From Octopus bimaculoides (taxonomy: Eukaryota), in NCBI RefSeq assembly GCF_001194135.2, contig NC_069001.1:8882140-8929747 (forward strand): a DNA stretch of 47,608 nucleotides, read 5' to 3'. Shown one piece after another: positions 1 through 13,102 of this stretch. A program made the position numbers and the translations under genes. The notes below the pieces were generated by a model. The model worked only from the letters and a program-made list of their open reading frames with translations. It had not been told where the DNA came from and did not search any database. Positions within the stretch are counted from its first letter, which is position 1, and each line of letters begins with the position of its first letter.

Positions 1-83
1 ATACATATCTATATATATATATATATATACATACATATATATATACATGTCTATATATATATATATACATATATATATACATA

Positions 84-119
<36 letters not shown>

Positions 120-270
120 TATATACATATATATATATATGCATACATATATAAGCATATATATATATACATATATACATACACATATATATATATGCAC
201 ACATATATATAAGCATATATATATATATATATATACATACATATATATACATATATATACACACACATGC
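1..270. repeat. (TA)n/(CA)n compound microsatellite
   Basis: Direct reading. Similar tracts at 4311-4410, 7545-7645 ((ATCT)n-(TA)n-(GATA)n), 38058-38640 and 47490-47608. Confidence 0.95.
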
Positions 271-760
271 ATACAAATATAAAAAGACAATGCTCATTAT
301 TATATTAGGAGATTATACATACATTTTAACACTTTACAGTATACTTAGATATATACACAATTCTATACATTGATCTGAAACAACAAGATTATTAAAGGAA
401 GACCGGAATTTAAGTGAAGAGAAAACCAAAAGGTCTCATGATATTTATTCAAGGAATTTATTTTGGACATTCTCATTTTAAAAATCACCTCCAGTTAATC
501 GTTAAGAGGACGTTGGTGTTGTGTCGGTGGAGGTTTGCACTCACAGAATGCTTGTTATTATTATTAAGGCGGTGAGCTGGTAGAATTGTTAGCCCACTGG
601 ACAAAACGCTTAGTGGTATTTTGCCCGTCACTCTGTTCTGAGTTCAAATTCTGCTGAGGTTGACTTTGCTTTTCATCCTTTCGGGCCCCTTCTCCCTCGA
701 AATTGCTGGCATTGTGCTAAAATCTGAAGTTGTTATTATTCTCATTACCAACATTAACCA

Positions 761-840
761 TCACCACCAAAGCCATCACCGCCAAAGCCATCACCACCAA
801 AGCCATCACCACCAAAGCCATCACCACCAAAGCCATCACC
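761..840 (+). repeat. 15-bp minisatellite (TCACCACCAAAGCCA) x ~5.3 within a CAC/ACT low-complexity tract to ~1130
   Basis: Direct reading of the sequence; explains the His-rich and TTKAI ORFs. Confidence 0.9.
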
Positions 841-1359
841 ATTGAAACTACCACCACCACCATCACAACTACAAAACTTGCACAAATACCAGCACTATCA
901 CCACTGCCTCAACCAAAATTATTATTGCTACTGCACCGAGCACTGCAACCAATTCTGCAATTAACACTGCCACTATCACAACCTACACTACCACTGCTAC
1001 CACAACCAATACTACAACCTCTAACACAATCAGTACTACTATCACTAATGCAAACTGCACCCTGTCCACTACCACAGCCTGGACTACCACCACCACCACC
1101 ATCATCAATTCCATCACACAATTATTATATTTTATGCATTGATTCCTGTATCTAAAGTTTTGACCAGGAGCCAGCTTCCTGTATAGAAGCAGTTTATATA
1201 CATGCATACACACACGCACACATATATCTGTACATACATATACATATATATTTATATACTCTCACACAGACATGTACATGTTTATGTGTTCAAATGAAAC
1301 AAAAGAGCACTTAGTATATGAAAATCAGTGATTTATTCCTTTGTTACTCTGAGTTTCAT

Positions 1360-1743
1360 GGAGGCACAATGGCCCAGTGGTTAGGGCAGTGGACTCGCGG
1401 TCATAGGATCGTGGTTTCAATTCCCAGACCGGGCGTTGTGAGTGTTTATTGAGTGAAAACACCTAAAGCTCCACGAGGCTCCGGCAGAGGATGGTGGCAA
1501 ACCCTGCTGTACTCTTTCACCACAACTTTCTCTCACTCTTACTTCCTGTTTCTGTTGTGCCTGTTATTCAAAGGGTCAGCCTTGTCACACTGTGTCGCGC
1601 TGAATATCCCCGAGAACTACGTTAAGGGTACACGTGTCTGTGGAGTGCTCAGCCACTTCCACTTTAATTTCACGAGCAGGCTGTTCCGTTGATCGGATCA
1701 ACTGGAATTCTCAACATCGTAAGTGACGGAGTGCCAACAACAA
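1360..1743 (+). mobile_element. Full-length tRNA-derived SINE (family 'B' in this report)
   Basis: Pol III A box TGGCCCAGTGG 1370-1380, B-box-like GGTTTCAATTCCC 1413-1425, CAA-repeat tail; 13-bp TSD ACTCTGA(G/A)TTTCA at 1346-1358 and 1744-1756; near-identical inverted copy at 13795-14168. Confidence 0.9.
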
Positions 1744-2157
1744 ACTCTGAATTTCACTCAGACATGCAAAATGTATGCAAGTGATAAGTTAGCTAATATT
1801 CTAACCCTTTTGTTACTATATTTCTGTTGGAATCCACTACCTTTGTTGCCATTAATTTTGAAAACAATGAAGAATTTAGTAGAATAGTTATGAGTATTAA
1901 GCTGATGTTTGGAACATAAATTAATAAGGAATTTTGATAGAAGGTTTTAATTTAGATTTCTAATTACAGACAGTCTTGGGTAAGTTGAGCAGGAGTTGTT
2001 ATATCATCTTATAAGACACTTGTTAAGTCTGTTCTTTCATCTGTTTATGGTGTGTAGTAGTCGTTTCTGCAATATTCCATGTTGTGGGTATGCCCAATCC
2101 CTGGTCCCTGAGTTCCAGATGTGTGGGGTTTTCAGTTTCTTTGGCTTGAATGATTAA

Positions 2158-2378
2158 CCCTTTCGTTACAAACCCGGCTGAAACCTGCTCTGGCTCTGAG
2201 TACAAATGTCTTGTTTTCATAAGTTTTGAATTAAAATCCTCCACCAAACCTTAGTCACAATTTATGTTCCTAACACTAGCTGAATGGAAATTAAGTTATT
2301 TTACTAAATTCTTTGTTATATTTAAAGTAATTGAAAGAAACACAGAGCATCTAAAAAAAAAATACAGTAATGAAAGGT
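2158..2378 (+). mobile_element. piggyBac-like MITE, second family
   Basis: TTAA|CCCTTTCGTTAC...GTAATGAAAGGT|TTAA; diverged inverted relative at ~1802-1975; end fragment at ~41810-41848. Confidence 0.75.
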
Positions 2379-3353
2379 TTAAAGATGTTGAAGGAAGCAA
2401 TTTTTGAAAATATTTGCGCTTAAATCAATATAATTCTTTTCAATATCACTTAGTGTGGTATGGCTGCTTGATCAACTTCTTTATAGATTTAGGTTCCCTT
2501 AAGTGGACAAATAGCTGTTAGCTGTAGAGGAGTGTGTTGTGTTTTTAGTTGTAGTGTTTGATCTGAGAAGAATTTTGTCTTCACAGGAATGACTCACCTT
2601 GACATTGTGTTAGTTAAAAAGTTTATGGTATTTGTGCAAAAGTGGAAAATGATATCTTTGAAAAGTTTTGGCTCTGTTTGTGCTGACTCACATTGTGTGG
2701 TGGTTTAGATTAAATTGCTTTTCTTTTCCTAGCTCAGTAACAACAAATGAGGGTTGGCAACAGGAAGGGCATCCAGCCATAGAAAATCTGCCTCAACACA
2801 TTCCATCTGCCCCATGCTACCATCGAAAAGCATACATTAAAATGATGATGATGATGGTTACAATGATAATACTTGTTCTAGATTTGCAGAATTTTATTAA
2901 AACTACATATTTATTTTAACTGCTACCCTACCCCAGCCTACTACCCCTTCACTGTTCCACTTACATATCTTTTCTTTAGTAAGTTTATAATTTTGTGTGT
3001 CTGTATACGTGTGCTAGTTCTATTTACTAATTATGTGTCTGTATATGTGTAGTAGTAGTAGTAGTTGTTATTTAGTTTATGCAGGTCAGGCCTGATCCAG
3101 CAGATTTATCTTCATAAAAAGCCTTCCAGCTGTGACATTTCCATCTGCTATTCAGACTTTGTGTATGCAACATTACATTATTTAATGAATCCTTCTGTTT
3201 TTTGGGGTTTTTTTTTTTAACACATTAGGTATGAGATCTGAGGGTGATTTGGCTGTTAGTTCTAGTGGAGTTAATGACTATATGATAGCTCTCCTCATGA
3301 TCTGAGACTTTTTCTTTGGCCTTTGGGTCCTTGGTCAACTCCTTCCTCCGTGT

Positions 3354-3385
<32 letters not shown>

Positions 3386-4311
3386 TTGTGTGATATACAT
3401 ATATATATACATATATAGCATGGTGGGTAAAATGCTTAACGGTATTTTGTCTGTCTTTATGTTTTGAGTTCAAATTCCGCCGGGGTCGACTTTGCCTTTC
3501 ATCCTTTTAGGGTTGATAAATTAAGTACCAGTTGCCTTCTGGAGTTGATTTAATCAACTGGCCCCCTCCCCCAAAATTTCAGGCTTTGTACCTAGAGTAG
3601 AAAAGAATATATATATATATATATATGTGTGTGGAAACCGACTGACTAAGGGATAGTGCCTATCCAATATGCTGCTGGTAGTGTACCCAATTATTCATAC
3701 CCAAATGCTGGTTATTGTGTGGCAATCTTGCAGTTGAGTGTCATGTATGGGCGGGGGTAAAAAGTGGTTTACCCTTAATTTATATGGCNNNNNNNNNNNN
3801 NNNNNNNNNNNNNNNNNNNNNNNNNNNNNNNNNNNNNNNNNNNNNNNNNNNNNNNNNNNNNNNNNNNNNNNNNNNNNNNNNNNNNNNNNNNNNNNNNNNN
3901 NNNNNNNNNNNNNNNNNNNNNNNNNNNNNNNNNNNNNNNNNNNNNNNNNNNNNNNNNNNNNNNNNNNNNNNNNNNNNNNNNNNNNNNNNNNNNNNNNNNN
4001 NNNNNNNNNNNNNNNNNNNNNNNNNNNNNNNNNNNNNNNNNNNNNNNNNNNNNNNNNNNNNNNNNNNNNNNNNNNNNNNNNNNNNNNNNNNNNNNNNNNN
4101 NNNNNNNNNNNNNNNNNNNNNNNNNNNNNNNNNNNNNNNNNNNNNNNNNNNNNNNNNNNNNNNNNNNNNNNNNNNNNNNNNNNNNNNNNNNNNNNNNNNN
4201 NNNNNNNNNNNNNNNNNNNNNNNNNNNNNNNNNNNNNNNNNNNNNNNNNNNNNNNNNNNNNNNNNNNNNNNNNNNNNNNNNNNNNNNNNNNNNNNNNNNN
4301 NNNNNNNNNNN

Positions 4312-4386
<75 letters not shown>

Positions 4387-4599
4387 CAAACACACACATA
4401 CACATGCACCCACATTCCCTCTCTCCCACGCAGACACTCACAGACAGACCTATCTATCTAATCAATAATGTGTTCAGGTGGTTTGGTTCAATTATTAATG
4501 TAAACGGTCATCAGCATTGATATCTGTTGCCAATAGCAACTGTTTGTTTACTTATTTAATTACTTTTATTTCTATTCTCTTCATTATATTTCGTCTTCC

Positions 4600-4646
<47 letters not shown>

Positions 4647-5037
4647 TTTAATGCTGTTACTATTAGGATCAATATTCTTTTTTTGTTTGGTAGTTTCATG
4701 CGAGTTTCTCCTGCACCACCTGGTGCACCTCCGTGCTCCTGGGGTGTGTGCAGTATTGTGTTCCCGTTTTTGTGGGGATTGGTGGGGGACTGTAGGCTCC
4801 TCCTGTTGGTGTACTGCATCAGTTTGTTTTATGGGCTTTAGCTTTTTTTATTTCTTGTTGTATTAGCTTTTGTTCAGATGTGTGTGGCGTTTGTTCTGTG
4901 GAATTGTTGTTGTTATTATTATTATTTAAAAAAATTTGGAGCAGAACCCTTTGTATATCGTCTCGTGTTGTCCTTTAATATTTTGATTTATATTAGCTCA
5001 TGTGGCCAATAAAAAGAATTATTATTATTATTATATT

Positions 5038-5256
5038 AAGGTGGCAAGATGGTGGAATCATTAGCACACGGGGAAAAAATGCTTAGCAGTATTTCATCTG
5101 TCTTTACATTCTGAGTTCAAGTTCTGCCAAGGTTGACCTTGTCTTTCATTCTTTTGGAGGTCGATAAAATAAGTACCAGGTGAACACTGGGGTCGATGTA
5201 ATCAACTAGCCCCCTCTCCCAAAATTTCAGGACTTGTGCCTATAGTAGAAAGGATT
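5038..5256 (+). mobile_element. tRNA-derived SINE family 'C' (CORE-SINE-like central region)
   Basis: AAGGYGGYRAGxTGG..GAAT..TTAGC head, TGAGTTCAA B box, GACxTTG.CTTTCATxCTTT..GG.GTCGATAAAATAAGTACCAG core. Other copies: 566-728(+), 3415-3607(+), 9701-9915(+), 13140-13345(-), 17140-17352(-), 22490-22650(-), 25100-25600(-, interrupted). Confidence 0.8.
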
Positions 5257-5257
5257 A

Positions 5258-5301
<44 letters not shown>

Positions 5302-5302
<1 letters not shown>

Positions 5303-5710
5303 GGAAAGTGAAAGTAGAGAGGGAGGTGCTGCCTTCTGGTGTGTTCGTTGAAAGGTAGACGAGTGTGGCATGACTGGTGAGACAGAATGGATCTACTCTG
5401 AGCATGCTTTTCTAAGTAGGAGGAAAGAGGCTGGAAGATGGCACTTTCCATGCCTTGGAGATGGCAGAGTAATCTGGGTCTTTTGCAAGGGGTTTACCAT
5501 CCTGTAGTACTTTAAGTTGACTGCCCTGCTATTGGGGACTCTGTTTGTTTATTAATTACTTTCAATGTATATATCCTTTGTCATATCCTTTAATGTTGTA
5601 GCGTCTCCTTTTGATGGATGTAAACTCCAATTGCTTTGTGTGTTGTGTCTCGTCTTTTGATATTGTCTTCCATGTCTTGGGCCCTTGTGACCAATAAAAG
5701 AAATCATCAT
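5302..5710 (+). mobile_element. Decayed LINE 3' end, possibly Tx1/L1-clade
   Basis: RKVKVEREVLPSGVFVER*TSVA*LVRQNGSTLSMLF* (ER..L...F..RW-like terminus with TGG>TAG and CGA>TGA decay), T-rich UTR, CCAATAAAAGAAAT end. A similar tail ends at ~5010. Confidence 0.45.
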
Positions 5711-5745
5711 CACCACCGTCATCATCAGCGTCATCATCATTGTTA

Positions 5746-5888
5746 TTATTACCTTTGCCTTAGCAAAAGTGAAAGTATTGTTTTCAGTTGTGTTTGTTTG
5801 TTTGTCCGTGGACAAGATATCTCAAGAACCCTGGATGGATTCGGATGAAACTTTCAGGGATGTTCGGCCTCGTGACTAGCACGAACTG
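5746..5888 (+). mobile_element. Helentron/DINE-1-like non-autonomous element, 5' part
   Basis: TTATTACCTTTGCC...TGTTTTC...(TTTG)n TCCGTGGACAAGATATCTCAAGAACC...GGATGAAACTTTCAGG layout; a matching type of 3' end (GGTGGAGGTTTGCACTCACAGAATGC) lies at ~440-556. Recognised from memory. Confidence 0.5.
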
Positions 5889-6013
5889 TTTCCCATTTTT
5901 TTTACTTAAATTTTGGAGTGGATTTTGTAGATTTTGTCATGAGTGGATTTTGAAAGAAACCCATCATATATATATATATGTGTGTGTGTGTATGTGTGCG
6001 TGTGTGTGTACAC

Positions 6014-6046
<33 letters not shown>

Positions 6047-6126
6047 TATATANNNNNNNNNNNNNNNNNNNNNNNNNNNNNNNNNNNNNNNNNNNNNNNN
6101 NNNNNNNNNNNNNNNNNNNNNNNNNN

Positions 6127-6175
<49 letters not shown>

Positions 6176-7545
6176 ACACACGCACATACACATATATATA
6201 TATGATGGGTTTCTTTCAAAATCCACTCATGACAGCTGTGGCAATAGTAGAAGATATGCAGTGGAATTAAACCCAGAACTATGTGGTTGGGATTAACCCC
6301 AAACTCCTTACCACAGAGTCACGCCTACTGTTGTTGTTGTTGTTGTTATTATAATAATAACCATCATCATAGGGTCAAAAATATTTTTCTTAGAAACGAG
6401 AATGAAGAAATGAGAAAGAAATATCTAATGGCCACATCACTTGTTGGACTGGTTTTCATCTGCAAGGGAGTGCTACTGCCTCTACCACTCCAACACCAGC
6501 ACCACTACTACTAACACCACCACTATCATTATCATCTCTACAAATACTAAAACTACTGCCACAGCCAACATGCTCTACTACTACCAATACCAACATCACC
6601 ACTACTACTACCAACACCACCGATACCACCATCATCATGACTACTGCTACTACTACCACCTTTACTAACACTGTCACTGCCGTCACTACCACCACTTTTA
6701 ATAACAGTACCACCACCACCACCACTACTTTTTCTATTTGTGCACATGTCACCTTTGCTACTACAACACCTGCACTACAAACAACCACCATCACCTTCAC
6801 CGTTACTGACACCATCACCACCACCACCACACCACAGCTGAAACTGCCAGTGGTCACTCAACCTGCTAGAAATAGCAGCCAGTTTCCCCTCCCTCGAATC
6901 ACACCTTTACTGTCTCAAAGAAAAGAATAGTTTATAAGATAGCTCTCTCTCTCTCCACACACACATACACACACACACACGCCTTCAATCATAATCTGTT
7001 TGGTCAGTCCTGCTACCACCACCACAACTGCTGCCACTGCCAGACTTCTTTCAGTTTCCATCTACCAAATCCACTGCCATGCAGTGGGACTGAACTCAAA
7101 ACCATGTGGTTGGGTAGAAAGCTTTTTGCCTAAAGTGGCCAGAAAGCCTCTACACAGAATCGAACCCTGTATGTTTCAAATTCAGGCTGAACATTCTGTA
7201 CCATTAAGCTAAGAACCTCCTGATGCGTGTGTGTGTGTGTGATGAAAGGAGGTGGAGACAGTAGGGTAAAAGTGGATGGAGTTGCAGTTAGAGTAGGAAC
7301 CGAACTATTTCCAGTGAACAGAGAAAGAGAAGGGGAACAGCCTGACAGACAATTTAACTTTCTCTCTCTCTCTCTCTCTCTCTCCTCTCTTTCTATTGTT
7401 ATACAAGTTCAAGTAGTACTTCAGTCCAGTGTGCTACATGTTAACATGGTTGCTTTGGCAGCAACAGATGTGTCCTTCAGTTTTTACCAATGGGGGTTTG
7501 TTATTGCAAACTTCTACGTACAGTACACACTCAGTTATACGCCAA

Positions 7546-7646
<101 letters not shown>

Positions 7647-7799
7647 CTTTTAGTTGAACAAATCGACCACAGGACTTATTTTTTGTAAGCCTAGTACATA
7701 TTCTATCGCCTCCCATTTGCCGAACTGTTAAGTTACAGCGACACAAACACACCAACATCGGTTGTCAAGCAATGAAGTAGGGACTAACACAGACACACA

Positions 7800-7831
<32 letters not shown>

Positions 7832-8455
7832 CGACGGGCTTCTTTCAGTTTCCGTCTACCAAATNNNNNNNNNNTATATATACGACGGGCTTCTTTCAGT
7901 TTCCGTCTACCAAATCCACTCACAAGGCTTTGGTCGGCCCAAGACTATAGTAAAAGACAATTGCCCAAGGTGCCCATTCCTGCATCTATATATACATATA
8001 TATCTTTATCTTTTACTCGTCTCGGTCACTAGGCTGTGGCCATGCTGGGGCACTGCCTTGAAGAACTTTCAGTCAAATGAATCAATCCCATTACTCATTT
8101 TTTTCTTTTTGAAGCTTAGGTCTTGGTCTTTTGAGGGTCTTTTGCCAAACCTCTTAGTTACAGAGACATAAGCACAACAACATCAATTGTTAAGTGGTGC
8201 TAGAAGACAAACAAACAGACACACACACACACACGACAAGCTTCTTTCATTTTCTATCCAACAAATCCACAAGAAGACACTTGCTCAAGGTGCCACACAG
8301 TAGGACTGAACCTTGTTTCTTTCTGTGTTCCTTTCTGTTGAAGAGCGTAGGCTCGAAACATTAAAGAATTTCTCTATTCCTGAGCGATATACTAATACAT
8401 ACATTTGTTGTTTACACCACCTGTCTTCGTCTGTTGTTTTTTTTTCGTAAATTCT

Positions 8456-8501
<46 letters not shown>

Positions 8502-10839
8502 AATACACACACACATGATGATGAAATGTTATTTTAATTCTACCTACCTCCTCAAATGAGGCATTATAGCTATCTAATGTGTGTTTAATTAACAGTATAT
8601 GTTTATGTTAAGGAGTTAACAAGTCTCTTTGAATGAGGAAAGTCTTTTGATTGGTGTTCTTGCTAATTAGTTCATGTGCTCACAGCCTAACTTCAGTAAT
8701 AACAGCACATGCCTATTCTTAAAGGAATTAAACTAGAATCACACTTCTTTGATGAAATCACTTTTAGAACTGGCCATTCAAGGTAAACTGTATGTAAATG
8801 TTCTGCTTATTTGGAAGAGTTTGTGTGTGTGTGTGTGTGTGCACGTGCACTTTTATATATGTAAGAATGTGTGTGTGTTTTTTTATAAGTGTTTTAGAGA
8901 AGCAAATGGAAATTTCAAAATCTTGTCAAACTTTGTTCTACTTTTTACCATTAAATCTTCCTCAAAGTGTTTTAATGATTGGTAGTGGTGGCAGCGGTGG
9001 TGGATTGTAGTATTGTATTGTTGCTAAGAGTGTACTGTATGACCCAGACTGGTAGGGTCACCTTCTCTCCATTTTACTCCTTTAAAACTGTAAAACTGAA
9101 AAAANNNNNNNNNNGTATATGCATAATATTAATTATTACAGAGAAAAGTAAGTGCATAAAATTTAAAAATTAGATGCCACAATATTTTCCTTTTACTATT
9201 AAGTTCTTTATCTTTAGGGACAGAAACCTCTTTAATCCTTTAGCGTTTAAACCAGCCATATCGGGCCCAAATATTCTACCTTGCTTTATTTTGAAACTGG
9301 CCAGATCCAGCTTCTCACAACTACTCTACAATATCATTCTAAAATGAAACAGTCACATCTTCAAAATCTTGAGGCTATGAAATAATAATGCCTGATGAAT
9401 TCAAAACAATGTGAATAAATAAGTATCACATAGGATGAAATAATCTGAATGCTAAATGCTTGAATATTCTTCACTTCCTGGTAGTGTATTGGCAGACTTG
9501 GTTGACAAAATGTTGTGTGATATCCGATTCTTATGTACTAAGATCAAATCCCACTGAAGTCAAATTTGTCTTTCATTGTCCCAGGATCAGTAAAATAAAG
9601 CACCAGTCATGTACTGGGAGGTTGAGTCAATCAGTTTTAATCCCTTCTCCAAAATTTGTGGAACCGTGCCAATTTTAGAAACTAATATTTGTCTCAGTTT
9701 AAGGCGGCAAGTTGGCAGAATCGTTAGCACATGGGGCAAAATGCTTAGTGGCATTTCATCCAGCTTTATGTTTTGAGTTCAAATTCTGCCAAGGTTCATT
9801 TTCCCTTTCATCCTTTCGGGGTCAATGAAATAAGTATCAGTTAAGCACTAGGATCAATATAACGATTTTCCCCCACCCCTGGAAATTACTGGCCTTGTGC
9901 CAAAATTTAAAACTGGTATTTACATCTCAATCTGTTTGATAACTAATTGTCATCAGATTAGAGACTGATAGAATATTTACCAGGCATTAAAAAAGATTAT
10001 GTCTAAGATGAGTTGTTCGTGTCTTTTATCTTCTCAGCCATTAGACTGAAGCCATGCTGAACTACTACACTATGGAGACATAAACAAACCAATACCGGTT
10101 GTCAAGCAGTAGTGGGACACACACACACACAGAAAATCTTCTTTCAGTTACTGTCTACCAAATCCACTCACAAAGCTTTGGTCAGCTCAAGGCTATAGTA
10201 GAAGACATTCTGCCCCAAGGTGCCACTCAGTCGGACTGAACCATATGGTTTTTAATTATTAAACTTAAAGTGGTAGGGTGTTTGGAAGGAGCTTTTTAGG
10301 CAAGTTCAAGCAGGTCAAGTCCACTATGTGGAGCCACTTCTCTCACTCTTGTTTTCATAACATCAAAGTTCAGAGAAATTACTTGATATGAATTCTGGAA
10401 AGAGATTTACATAACAATCATGAGCCTCTTTTTAGAAAATTGTTTACGTACATTTCACCCTCATTTTCCAATCACACCCACATCTCATTCTTCCTATTTT
10501 ACTCTGTGTGTGTGTGTATATATGTATATATATCTACTCTATATTATCCAGCCCTCTCTCTTTTCTCTCTGTATTATATATTCCAAAACATTATTTCTAT
10601 TATCTAATACATCTTTGTTTTGCTGTTTACTCTGAAGCTGTATGTCGACAGAGATATTGTTTTTGCAGACTGATTGGGTAATTTTGGCATTTTAACAACA
10701 TATTATTTTTATATTGGTATCATACACACACACATACACACGTAGTTGTTTGAATGTCTTTCTTGTACATGTACAGGAACCTCTTTGTAGTTGCACACAC
10801 ACACACACACACGCACTACAACAACAACAGCTTTTAGTT

Positions 10840-11420
10840 GTACAGTTTGTCCTTCTCTCAGGGAGAAAATTCCTAGCTGCCAGCAGAAGTAAAACTTCCT
10901 AAAACTTTCCACTTCCTTCCTGTTTTTCGTCTGGCTACAAAGTTTTGGAAACATTTACTCCCTTGGTTTATTAGGCCACCTGGGTAACAGAAATTATCTA
11001 TTAGTCCTTGGGACTCTTTTGGACATTTGAAGGAATTCATTTCATAACCTGGCCCCTCAGTGTGATACCTCTGTAATTGCTTCTTTTTAGATCATCACTG
11101 TTGCTCTTGTGAAATTTGACAATTATAATGCCATGCAAATCATTGGCTAAAACACCTCCTTGTATTATCTGATTGATCATGCAAGCAAGTTACTTGCTTG
11201 AGCTATACTTTACCAGATATTTTCAGTGTCTCACTGACCGTCTCTGATACGCCTGCTACGTTTTCTGTCTTCATATCTTTGATGCCCATTTTGACCATAT
11301 AACTGTCCCCTTCAGTTGCTGGTCCTTCTGTTATGTATACTTGGAGTAGTCGCTTTTCTTCACGTATACTTTCAGCAGCTACCTGAAATATCATTTCCAA
11401 ACCTTTTTCTTCTCGTTGTT
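10840..11420 (-). mobile_element. Decayed, internally deleted RTE-clade LINE reverse-transcriptase fragment
   Basis: Minus-strand peptides IKDMKTENVAGVSETVSETLKISGKV*, SDDLKRSNYRGITLRGQVMK and DNFCYPGGLINQGSKCF resemble RTE ORF segments (...KAPGPSG...NYRGIKL...F.YLG); stops and frameshifts present. Confidence 0.75.
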
Positions 11421-11565
11421 AGTGAGCGTAAGTACACTGCTGTCAGTTTGAATACAATTTTTCCCTATTATCTCTTGATTTTCCTTTATATAATACTTTA
11501 TACTCTTACCTTCTCATAACAAAACGCTACCAAACCTCTTGCTTTCTGCTTCTCTTTAACTTATA

Positions 11566-11900
11566 TATTAGGTCATCCCATAAGTAATGTGGTTTTTTCC
11601 AATTGCATGAACCAAAAGTCAGAGAAGGAGGGGATAAACTACCTGAATCAACTTGCTATAAAAATAGGTAGTAATTTTACCTTGTCCTTATTCTTAGTGT
11701 GAGTTTTGAACAGTGCAGTTCGATTTTAACAGTTATTTTTTCCAAAGTTATAATGGAAGGGGAATATTTTGTATAAAATACAGTTATTGCAATGGCCCTT
11801 CAGTTTTTTTAAGCCCTATAAAAGAACTTGAAAGGTTGGACTTCCAACCGGGCCTTTCACAATGCCCTTAAAGCCAGGAACTTTTGAGCACCCCCTTGTA
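11566..11900. mobile_element. Two Tc1/mariner-type terminal fragments (plus-strand start at 11566; minus-strand start at 11900)
   Basis: TA+TTAGGTCATCCCATAAGTAATGTGGTTTTTT and TA+CAAGGGGGTGCTCAAAAGTTCCTGGCTTT termini; partner TIRs not found. Confidence 0.55.
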
Positions 11901-13067
11901 TGTACACACATACACACACACACACACAAAATGTATGATATTGTTAAAAAATATCTTTATCTAGTAAATTCAATCTAGTTGTTCTTGACAAGTTGATATA
12001 CATATTTGCTCGGTTGGCTGGTTTTAAACAGCTAGATCGGCTCATATTTTTATGTTTTTAGTAAAGTCTTGTCTCAATTTACAAAAGAAAGACAATCTAC
12101 AAAAGAAAGACATATATATTATATAATAGAAGTGTCATTTTAGCCATTTAACAATGCACCCTATTTGTTACATTCATGTTAATCTATTTATTCCTCTATG
12201 GTATTATTTCCTGTGATGTGTCATAATGCTTTATTACACTTCAGTGAGGTTGTCATTACATAATTCCACTGCATCTACAAAAAATCAATTACTGACCAGA
12301 TTTTATATGCCTCTATTTTTTTCTTTCTCTGTTCATTTTGTTATGTTTCTAATTTCATTCACTTGAAATAGAACTCATAATGTATGTTTAAGTTGTTGAA
12401 ATTAACTACTCTCATATAACAACAGATTTAATAAAAAAAAAAAATTGTTTTTTTTTTTCTGTTATTAAATGCTTAACATGACTCTTTGATGAGGTAATTG
12501 TCTCAATCTCAGGTCAGGTTTTTAAACTGGCATGACCATGTGTTAAGAAGTTTGCTTCCCAACCATATGGTTCTGTGTTAGTCCCACTGTGTGGCACCTT
12601 GGACAAGTGTCTTCTACTAAGGCCTTGGGCTGACCAAAGCCTTGTGTGTGGATATGGTAGATGGCAATTGAAAGAAGCCTATCATATATATNNNNNNNNN
12701 NNNNNNNNNNNNNNNNNNNNNNNNNNNNNNNNNNNNNNNNNNNNNNNNNNNNNNNNNNNNNNNNNNNNNNNNNNNNNNNNNNNNNNNNNNNNNNNNNNNN
12801 NNNNNNNNNNNNNNNNNNNNNNNNNNNNNNNNNNNNNNNNNNNNNNNNNNNNNNNNNNNNNNNNNNNNNNNNNNNNNNNNNNNNNNNNNNNNNNNNNNNN
12901 NNNNNNNNNNNNNNNNNNNNNNNNNNNNNNNNNNNNNNNNNNNNNNNNNNNNNNNNNNNNNNNNNNNNNNNNNNNNNNNNNNNNNNNNNNNNNNNNNNNN
13001 NNNNNNNNNNNNNTCTAATGACTGAAACAAGTAAAAGATAAACTAAAACTCTGAGATAAATAAATAA

Positions 13068-13102
<35 letters not shown>

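Noticed and set aside
51-297. YI/CV/HT-repeat ORFs here and throughout, and all X-filled ORFs
   Set aside because: Dinucleotide microsatellites and N gaps.
660-1155. His-rich (HHQS)n and mucin-like (TTKAI)n ORFs
   Set aside because: Translations of a 15-bp minisatellite and CAC/ACT tract; no splice context or family motif.
1360-1430. tRNA gene
   Set aside because: tRNA-like SINE head continuing into a SINE body with a TSD.
7826-7915. Exact tandem duplicate of TATATATACGACGGGCTTCTTTCAGTTTCCGTCTACCAAAT
   Set aside because: The copies flank a 10-N placeholder; typical overlapping contig ends.
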